From the NCBI GenBank assembly GCA_044356215.1, contig JBIKWQ010000064.1, positions 1 to 19,443 on the forward strand: a stretch of DNA of 19,443 bases, given 5' to 3'. The notes under the pieces were generated by a model. The model saw only the letters and a list, made by a program, of their open reading frames with translations. It did not search any database and had not been told where the DNA came from. The translations under genes were made by a program, and so were the position numbers. This document shows, piece after piece, positions 7,899 through 15,121 of the stretch (position 1 is its first letter; each line of letters begins with the position of its first letter). The DNA comes from Bdellovibrionota bacterium. Lineage in GTDB: Bacteria > Bdellovibrionota_C > UBA2361 > OMII01.

Positions 7899-8696
7899 AT
7901 GATAGCAGACCTTCTACAAAACTTTGGACTTTCCCCTGAGGTGGCTTCGACCTACGCCGAGCTTATTCAGCGTGGTCCGCTGTCGGCGCAGCAACTGAGC
8001 GATCGACTGGGATTGCCTCGCACAACTATCTACGGCTATCTCTCTGAGCTGCTCCAGCGCGGATTAGTATCAAGAGAGGAGAATTCATCAAGATCCGTCT
8101 TCGCTCCACTTAATCCAGGAAAACTGCTGGGCGTAATTGAAGACACCCGCGCGACCCTGAGAACGCAGGAAGATGGATTTGCGAAAATTATTCGTGAGTT
8201 TGAGAATAGTCGCGGAGGCGATCTACCGCAGTATCCGATCATCCAGCACTATCGCGGCAAGAAGCAGATTGAGCAGATGTTGTATGCTCTCCAACCAGAG
8301 TGGCGTCGAAGCTATGAGCGTCTCGGTATGTTCACCATGTGGGGATACCAAGACCACACCTTCGTAGAGCAATATAGTAGATGGCACACTCATGCTTGGC
8401 AGACGAGATCAAGCGATGAAGAGATTCGCTTATTCTCTAACCGAGAGGGGGCATCCCAGCAAAAGAACGCTAAGATTGAGCGACGTGAGATACGAGTATT
8501 GCCGAACAACGCTGAACTAACTACCAGTCTATGGATCCATGGCGATTACATAGTGCTCGCGATGACTCGAAGCAAACCGCATTATGCGGTTGTCGTTGTC
8601 GATCCTATATTAAGCGCTAATATGCGCCTAGTATTCCAGCTACTGTGGGCCGCGACCGCCACACCACGATCTTCTCGAAAAAAACGGAAGACGTAG
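7899..8696 (+). CDS. TrmB-family winged HTH transcriptional regulator
   Basis: N-terminal LQNFGLSPEVASTYAELIQRGPLSAQQLSDRLGLPRTTIYGYLSELLQRGLV. C-terminal effector-like domain with YRGKKQI, IHGDYIV and FQLLW. Confidence 0.85.
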   Translation: MIADLLQNFGLSPEVASTYAELIQRGPLSAQQLSDRLGLPRTTIYGYLSELLQRGLVSREENSSRSVFAPLNPGKLLGVIEDTRATLRTQEDGFAKIIREFENSRGGDLPQYPIIQHYRGKKQIEQMLYALQPEWRRSYERLGMFTMWGYQDHTFVEQYSRWHTHAWQTRSSDEEIRLFSNREGASQQKNAKIERREIRVLPNNAELTTSLWIHGDYIVLAMTRSKPHYAVVVVDPILSANMRLVFQLLWAATATPRSSRKKRKT

Positions 8697-8829
8697 ACAA
8701 ATCAAGAGCCCTAGGCTAATTATATAGGGCTCCAAACGCACCCTAATGGCACCGCAACTTGGTCAATTTTGGTCGCACATACAAAGAGCAACGCAAATAC
8801 AGTAGCTAAATTATTTAGTTACACCCTCC

Positions 8830-8919
8830 GGAGAGGTGGCCGAGTGGCTGAAGGCGCCTGATTCGAAATCAGGTATACCGGAAACGGTATCGGGGGTTCG
8901 AATCCCTTCCTCTCCGCCA
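8830..8919 (+). tRNA. tRNA-Ser (anticodon CGA)
   Basis: GGAGAGG/CCTCTCC acceptor stem, CCTGA-TT-CGA-AA-TCAGG anticodon arm, long variable arm and an encoded CCA. Confidence 0.97.
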
Positions 8920-8925
8920 AATACT

Positions 8926-9699
8926 TTAAACCACAACCCCCGGCTCCCTATCAGCCAACACTCGCTCTTTATTCTCTGTCGCGGCGGCACTAATAGCAGC
9001 CACAGATGGGCGCCTAAACAAATTGTACTTAACGATGGCGTACATCGCACGCACTCCATCTTTCCAGCCTATCTTCTTACCCTCTTCATAAGTGCGACCG
9101 TAATACGATATTCCCACCTCGTATATCCGGCACCTAAGCGCCGCTACTTTAGCGGTGATCTCAGGCTCAAAACCAAAGCGCGACTCCTCAATCTCAATCG
9201 ACTGAATAATCTCGCGCTTAAACATCTTATAGCACGTCTCCATATCGGTCAGGTTTAAGTTGGAGAACATGTTAGAGGCCAGGGTTAGTATGTAATTACC
9301 AACGCGATGCCAGAAGTAAACAACTCGATGTGGACGATCACTGATAAAGCGTGAGCCAAAAACAACATCCGCTTTACCAAGCTCTATCGGCTCTAATAAT
9401 CTGCCGTATTCCTGGGGATCGTACTCAAGATCCGCATCCTGAACTACAACCACATCGCCAGTGACATGCTTGAAGCCCGTTCTTAATGCCGCTCCTTTCC
9501 CTTGATTAACCTCGTGGTAGACTATCTTATCAACCTGCGGGGCGATCTGAGACTTCAGCACATCACGCGTTCCATCAGTCGAACAATCATCAACTATGAC
9601 GATCTCTTTGTTGGGGATCGGTGAGTTCTTAACGGCTATAACGATATCCTGAATCGTGTGTCGCTCGTTGTAGCAGGGGATTACGATGGAGAGCTTCAT
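8926..9699 (-). CDS. Glycosyltransferase family 2 (DPM1-like polyprenol-phosphate glycosyltransferase)
   Basis: Motifs [53 protein letters not shown] and GKKIGWKDG. Confidence 0.93.
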   Translation of the reverse strand: MKLSIVIPCYNERHTIQDIVIAVKNSPIPNKEIVIVDDCSTDGTRDVLKSQIAPQVDKIVYHEVNQGKGAALRTGFKHVTGDVVVVQDADLEYDPQEYGRLLEPIELGKADVVFGSRFISDRPHRVVYFWHRVGNYILTLASNMFSNLNLTDMETCYKMFKREIIQSIEIEESRFGFEPEITAKVAALRCRIYEVGISYYGRTYEEGKKIGWKDGVRAMYAIVKYNLFRRPSVAAISAAATENKERVLADREPGVVV

Positions 9700-10277
9700 G
9701 CGTTTTTACCTAAAATTAACGTGGTTATTGTTCGTTAACCAATCAAGGTATAGCAACTGGCGTGTATTTAGCAACTTGGCACAATCCAAAAAAGAGCCCT
9801 GACTTTTAGGCCCCCCAGACACCTAAAAAAGTACCTTCAGGGCTCACTATTAACCACAAGTAGTAAAATTTCTTGGATTTAACTCAGTTCTACCATGCAG
9901 GGCCCCACATCTTCTATACTCCCCCCCCCCTCTTTTCTCTCGCCGCTCTCTTTGTACAAAAATTAAACAAAGAGGCCAGCGAGAAGGGACAGAGGGTGGG
10001 GGATGCTGACGGAGCAGCTTTTACCTTCTCCTAAGTGTAATACCCGATCTCGTTGTGAAAAAGCTGTTCTGGATTAACTAATTGCTCATTTTTTACAAAG
10101 AGTAAGAGAGATCGGCGAGCCGGAAAAGGGGGTTGCCTACTTGTCATCCTGAACACTCTCTGTGAAGACTTACCTACCAGGATGTGGGTAATAGTCAGCT
10201 TCAGACGTGGACTTTTTGCCCTTCAAAAATTTCCCCTAACTACCCGTTTTTTCAGAATGTTCTTGATTGATTACCCC

Positions 10278-10306
10278 TTGAACTAGCCCCCTCTATGTCC
10301 TATCCT
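10278..10306 (+). promoter_or_regulatory. Putative sigma70 promoter for gyrA, probably leaderless
   Basis: TTGAAC-N17-TATCCT ends 6 nt before ATG 10313. Confidence 0.5.
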
Positions 10307-10312
10307 CTGGGA

Positions 10313-12868
10313 ATGGAAAATCAAGACAATTCAAACCCAGTTTCTAGCTCAGTTAATCCAATTACAATCGAGTCAGAGATGCGCCAATCGTACCTCGATT
10401 ACGCCATGAGCGTAATCGTCGGGCGCGCCCTACCCGATGTTCGTGATGGACTAAAGCCGGTACAGCGCCGCGTGCTTTACGCGATGCTAAACGAGGGGCT
10501 GGTCTCAAACCGCAAGCACAGCAAGTGCGCGGGAGTTGTCGGCGAGGTTCTTAAGAGATACCACCCACACGGTGATATGCCAGTGTACGAAGCACTTGTG
10601 CGCTTGGCTCAACCGTGGAACCTGCGCTACACACTGATCGATGGACAGGGAAACTTCGGATCAATCGACGGCGATCCTCCTGCCGCTTACCGTTACACAG
10701 AGTGCCGAATGACAAACCTCGCGGAGAAGCTCCTCGAGGATATTGATAAAGAGACCGTTGATTTTGCCCCGAACTTTGATGATTCAACCCAGGAGCCGAT
10801 AGTTCTCCCGTCGGTTATCCCGAACCTCCTGGTAAACGGAGCGAATGGTATCGCCGTGGGAATGGCGACACACATCCCGCCTCACAACTTAACTGAGGTT
10901 ATTAACGGCGCGTTGGCTCTAATAGCGAACCCAAATACATCACTCAACGAGCTTCTGCAATTAATCCCAGGGCCTGATTTTCCAACAGGTGGAATCATCT
11001 ACGGACGAGGGGCGATCATCAGCGCGTACTCGAATGGACGTGGAATTATCCAGGTTCGAGCCAAGACTCATTTTGAGAAGTTAAAAACAAAGAGCCGCGA
11101 GGCTGACATCATCGTTGTTGATGAGATCCCGTATCAACTAAACAAGGCGAGGCTGATTGAGAAGATAGCCGAGCTTGTAAACGATAAGCAGATCGAAGGG
11201 ATATCGAAGCTTCGCGACGAGAGCGATCGAACTGGAATGAGGATCGTCGTCGAGCTTAAGCGCGATGCTACTCCAGAGGTCGTATTAAATCAGCTCTACA
11301 AGTTAACACCGATGCAATCAAGTTTCGGTATCGTTAACTTGGCGATCGTTGATGGCAAGCCTGTTGTATGCTCATTAATTGACCTACTAACACACTTCTT
11401 AAACCACCGCCGCGATGTAGTAACACGCCGCACAGAGTTTGAGCTTAAGAAAGCCAAGGAGCGGATGCACCTCTTAGAGGGATTCAGGATAGCGCTCCTA
11501 AACCTAGACGAAGTGATCAAGCTTATTAGAGCGGCGAGCACTCCAAAGGACGCTAAGGACGAGTTGATTACTCGCTTTAGCCTCTCATCAACTCAGGCAC
11601 AGGCGATCCTAGATCTACGACTCCAAAAGCTAACTGGAATGGAGCGCTTAGCGATCGAGCAGGAGTACGAAGAGTTAGCGAAGCGCATCGAAGAGCTACT
11701 AAGCATCCTTGCTGACGCTAAGAAAGTTGATGCTATCATCACAGCTGAGCTAACAGATGTGCGCGACAGATACGGAGACGCTCGCCGCACAGAGATCGTT
11801 GACGATGGTGCCGAGATCGATATGCACGATCTGATCGAAGACGAAGAGATGGTTGTGACAGTAAGCCATACCGGTTACATCAAGAGAACCTCAGTGTCTG
11901 AGTACCGCGAGCAGAAACGTGGCGGCAAAGGTATCATCGGGGCGACATCAGATGATGGTGACTTTGTTGAGAACCTCTTTGTCGCGTCAACTTTGGCGGA
12001 CCTCTTAGTATTTACCAGTTTAGGCCGACTCTACTGGCTTAAGGTCTACGAGATACCAGAGTCGGGACGCACTTCACGCGGACGGGCTCTGGTAAATCTC
12101 CTAGAGATGAAAGAGGACGAGAAGCTCTGCGCTATCTTGCCGGTTCGTGAATGGACTGAGAACAGCCACGTTGTACTTGCTACCAAAGCAGGAGTTATTA
12201 AGAAGACAGCCCTCGAGGAGTTCTCTCGCTCACGTCGTGGCGGAATCATGGCGTGCACGCTGGATGAAGGCGATACGGTTATCAGCGCCGCTATTACCCA
12301 AGAGGGCGACGATATAATCCTTGCCACTAGCGATGGAATGGCGATCCGCTTTAAAGAGGATCAGGTGCGACCGATGGGCCGCGCGGCTCGTGGAGTTACA
12401 GGTATCCGCTTTGAGGGCGACGATAAGGTTGTGGGCTTAGCTGTTATTCCTAAGGCCATAGCGGATGCTCCAGAGGGCAGCGAAGACCTAACGCTACTTA
12501 CGGTATGTGAAAACGGATTCGGTAAGCGCACGCTTGTTTCTGAGTACCGCGCGCAGAACCGTGGCGGAAAGGGCTTGATTGATATTCAAACAGAGGGACG
12601 TAACGGCCCTGTGATCGAGTCGCTCGCCGTAAATGGCGAGTCCGGCTTGATGCTAATCACCTCAGGAGGAAAGATTATCCGCACCTTGGCTCGTAACGTA
12701 TCAGTGATCGGACGCAACACACGTGGTGTGAAGCTGATAGATCTAGAGCAGGACGAGAAGGTTGTGGCGGTCTCACCCGCCCCAGTAGACTCTAACAGCA
12801 ACTCAGAAGCTTCAGATGAGCAGGCTCTTGAAGCGACGCCAGAGAGCTCGACTGAGTCAGATAAGTAA
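10313..12868 (+). CDS. gyrA: DNA gyrase subunit A
   Basis: SYLDYAMSVIVGRALPDVRDGLKPVQRR, YHPHGD, catalytic Tyr in AAYRYTE, GyrA-box QKRGGKG, beta-pinwheel repeats and an acidic tail. An alternative in-frame ATG lies at 10295. Confidence 0.97.
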   Translation: MENQDNSNPVSSSVNPITIESEMRQSYLDYAMSVIVGRALPDVRDGLKPVQRRVLYAMLNEGLVSNRKHSKCAGVVGEVLKRYHPHGDMPVYEALVRLAQPWNLRYTLIDGQGNFGSIDGDPPAAYRYTECRMTNLAEKLLEDIDKETVDFAPNFDDSTQEPIVLPSVIPNLLVNGANGIAVGMATHIPPHNLTEVINGALALIANPNTSLNELLQLIPGPDFPTGGIIYGRGAIISAYSNGRGIIQVRAKTHFEKLKTKSREADIIVVDEIPYQLNKARLIEKIAELVNDKQIEGISKLRDESDRTGMRIVVELKRDATPEVVLNQLYKLTPMQSSFGIVNLAIVDGKPVVCSLIDLLTHFLNHRRDVVTRRTEFELKKAKERMHLLEGFRIALLNLDEVIKLIRAASTPKDAKDELITRFSLSSTQAQAILDLRLQKLTGMERLAIEQEYEELAKRIEELLSILADAKKVDAIITAELTDVRDRYGDARRTEIVDDGAEIDMHDLIEDEEMVVTVSHTGYIKRTSVSEYREQKRGGKGIIGATSDDGDFVENLFVASTLADLLVFTSLGRLYWLKVYEIPESGRTSRGRALVNLLEMKEDEKLCAILPVREWTENSHVVLATKAGVIKKTALEEFSRSRRGGIMACTLDEGDTVISAAITQEGDDIILATSDGMAIRFKEDQVRPMGRAARGVTGIRFEGDDKVVGLAVIPKAIADAPEGSEDLTLLTVCENGFGKRTLVSEYRAQNRGGKGLIDIQTEGRNGPVIESLAVNGESGLMLITSGGKIIRTLARNVSVIGRNTRGVKLIDLEQDEKVVAVSPAPVDSNSNSEASDEQALEATPESSTESDK

Positions 12869-12890
12869 CAGCTAAGAGCTGACCTCACAT

Positions 12891-13907
12891 ATGGTACCCA
12901 ACGCCAACAACCACCCTAAGAAGATCTCAGTTATCGGACTAGGTGCTTGGGGGTCTAGTCTTGCACTTTACTGCGCCAGACAGGGGCATGATGTGCTTGG
13001 ATGGCACAGAGACGAATCCCATCTGGCCGCCATTCGGCTGAGTAAGAATCTTTCGATCACCAAAACATACGCGGCCTCACTTCCAGATAGCCTAAAAGTC
13101 ACATCAGACCTCTCACTCTGTCGTGGAAGAGACCTTACGATTGTGGCGCTCCCCGCTTCGGCGTGGTCAGGTGTCATTCCAGCTCTCATGCCTCTCTCAA
13201 GTGGAATCGTGGTTAGCGCCACAAAGGGGCTTGAAAAGAGCTCAAATACAACGCCACTTACTTGGGCAAATGAGGCGCTAAAACTATCGCCGGAGCGCCT
13301 GTGCGTCATATCAGGACCTAGCTTCGCCAAGGATCTCGCCGAAAGAACTCCAGTAACATTGGTCTCGGCGTCCTCCGATCTGAATACCGCCAAAGAGGTC
13401 GCGACGATTTTGGCTAGCGAGACCCTCAGGCTCTATCCATCAAACGATCCTCTGGGGGTTGAGTTAGGTGGGATTTTAAAGAACGTTATCGCCTTAGCGG
13501 TTGGTATGTCTGACGCCCTTGGGTATGGACCATCAACTCGCGCCGCCCTAATTACCAGAGGACTGGCTGAGATGACTCGACTAGCGGTCGCTCTTGGCGC
13601 GCAGCGTCAAACCCTAGCCGGTCTCTCAGGGCTGGGAGATCTTGTGATGACATCGACCGATGATCAGAGTCGAAATCGCGTTGTTGGGTTAAGACTGGGG
13701 CGAGGTGAAGCTCTCAATGAGATCTTGTCATCCCTAGGAGCCACCGCTGAGGGAGTATCGAGCGCCGAGCTGGTCGAGACGATCGCCAAAAGCAGATCAG
13801 TAGACGCGCCGATCGTAAGCTTAGTGGTTAAGGTTCTTAAAGGTCAGATCGCCCCCAAAGATCTGGCGCATACATTGATGACCAGACCGATACGCGAAGA
13901 GTTTTAG
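12891..13907 (+). CDS. gpsA: NAD(P)H-dependent glycerol-3-phosphate dehydrogenase
   Basis: Rossmann motif GLGAWGSSLA, then SATKGLE, ISGPSFA, GVELGGILKNVIA, GLSGLGDL, SRNR and AEGV. Confidence 0.95.
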   Translation: MVPNANNHPKKISVIGLGAWGSSLALYCARQGHDVLGWHRDESHLAAIRLSKNLSITKTYAASLPDSLKVTSDLSLCRGRDLTIVALPASAWSGVIPALMPLSSGIVVSATKGLEKSSNTTPLTWANEALKLSPERLCVISGPSFAKDLAERTPVTLVSASSDLNTAKEVATILASETLRLYPSNDPLGVELGGILKNVIALAVGMSDALGYGPSTRAALITRGLAEMTRLAVALGAQRQTLAGLSGLGDLVMTSTDDQSRNRVVGLRLGRGEALNEILSSLGATAEGVSSAELVETIAKSRSVDAPIVSLVVKVLKGQIAPKDLAHTLMTRPIREEF

Positions 13908-15115
13908 GCCCCCACGTCCGAGATACGCTCAAAAACTGAATCAGCCAAAGCCACTCCGCGGCTAGTCAAACTAATACGACCATCACTTTGAGACACGAAC
14001 CCATCTGTCGTTAATTCGTTAATGACGCCCTGGAGATGACTTGGGATCGCTACTCCGAATCTCTCTATAAATTCACTTTCAGATACACCGATTGCTCGGC
14101 GCATACCTAAATAGAAAAACTCGAAGTATAGTGCGTTTATGTTGAGTTCCTCGCGCCAAGCAACTACCGCCTTTTCGGCGCCCAAGCCGGCTATGTAGCT
14201 TGCTGGTAAGGCTATATTGCTCCATCTAAGAGCGGAGCCGAGAAACACACAAGTAGCGCTCTCAGATTCAGAGCTGTAGTGACCCAGATAGCTATGAGCA
14301 CCGGCTCCTATCCCCAAATAATCTCCCCCACTCCAGTAGGCTAGATTATGAATGCTCTCACGTTCCGGCTTGGAGTAGTTGCTGATCTCATAACGTTGAA
14401 ATCCGGCGTCTCGCAGGAAGACTGGTATCATATCGAGCATCTTAGACACACGAGAATCCGCTGGCATTTTAAGAAAACCACGCTCCTGCCTCTGATAAAA
14501 CGGGGTGCCTGGCTCAATGGTTAATGAGTAAGTTGACAAGTGATTAATCGGCAGCGATACAGCGGCGCGGAGATCCTTCTCTAGAGCCGACACGCTTTGA
14601 TCGGGCAGTCCATAGATTATATCTACACTTAAGTTATCTAATCCAACCGCGATCGATGTATCGACTGCTTTAGTAATATCATCCGGATTATGATCACGCC
14701 CTAAAAAGTTTAACGCCTTGGCGTTAAAGCTTTGAACGCCGAAGCTCAATCTGTTTACTCCCCCCTGCTTGAAACCAGATAATTTTTCTCTGGCCGCGTC
14801 GTTAGGATTGGCCTCAAGAGTTATCTCAGCCCCAGAGACTATTCCAAAACTATTATTAATTTCCCCTATAATTCGCGAGATGCTCGCGTCTGATAGGATT
14901 GAGGGCGTTCCACCCCCAAAGAAAACGGTCTTAACCTGGCGACCGGTAAAACTGGGGTCATGTCTGTAAAGAGCTAATTCCTTGAGTAACGTATTTACGT
15001 ATTCATCCTCGGGAACTTTCGCTACGGCATAGGTATTAAAGTCACAATAAGGACACTTGCGCGCGCAGAACGGCACATGAACGTAAACTGAGAAATGGTC
15101 AGTACTCGCTCTCAC
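13904..15115 (-). CDS. hemW: Radical SAM heme chaperone HemW (HemN-like)
   Basis: YVHVPFCARKCPYCDFN (CxxxCxxC), FFGGGTPS, EITLEANP, RLSFGVQSF, YEISNY, HNLAYW and YLGIGAGAHS. Confidence 0.9.
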   Translation of the reverse strand: MRASTDHFSVYVHVPFCARKCPYCDFNTYAVAKVPEDEYVNTLLKELALYRHDPSFTGRQVKTVFFGGGTPSILSDASISRIIGEINNSFGIVSGAEITLEANPNDAAREKLSGFKQGGVNRLSFGVQSFNAKALNFLGRDHNPDDITKAVDTSIAVGLDNLSVDIIYGLPDQSVSALEKDLRAAVSLPINHLSTYSLTIEPGTPFYQRQERGFLKMPADSRVSKMLDMIPVFLRDAGFQRYEISNYSKPERESIHNLAYWSGGDYLGIGAGAHSYLGHYSSESESATCVFLGSALRWSNIALPASYIAGLGAEKAVVAWREELNINALYFEFFYLGMRRAIGVSESEFIERFGVAIPSHLQGVINELTTDGFVSQSDGRISLTSRGVALADSVFERISDVGA

Positions 15116-15121
15116 CCAATT

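Noticed and set aside
8706..8732. Intrinsic terminator after the TrmB-like gene (GAGCCCTA...TAGGGCTC)
   Set aside because: An 8-bp stem is present, but the loop is long and there is no U-tract, so it is not called.
991..8829. Integrative element or prophage between the two plus-strand Ser tRNAs
   Set aside because: There is no integrase or phage gene and no distal att duplication other than the intact tRNA. The region includes housekeeping tadA.
8830..8919. Amber suppressor tRNA
   Set aside because: The anticodon is CGA, not CTA. It is one substitution from a supD-type suppressor, but the sequence shows a normal Ser tRNA.
8811..9258. ORFs 8811-9059 and 8836-9258
   Set aside because: They overlap tRNA-Ser(CGA) and the GT2 gene and have no protein motifs.
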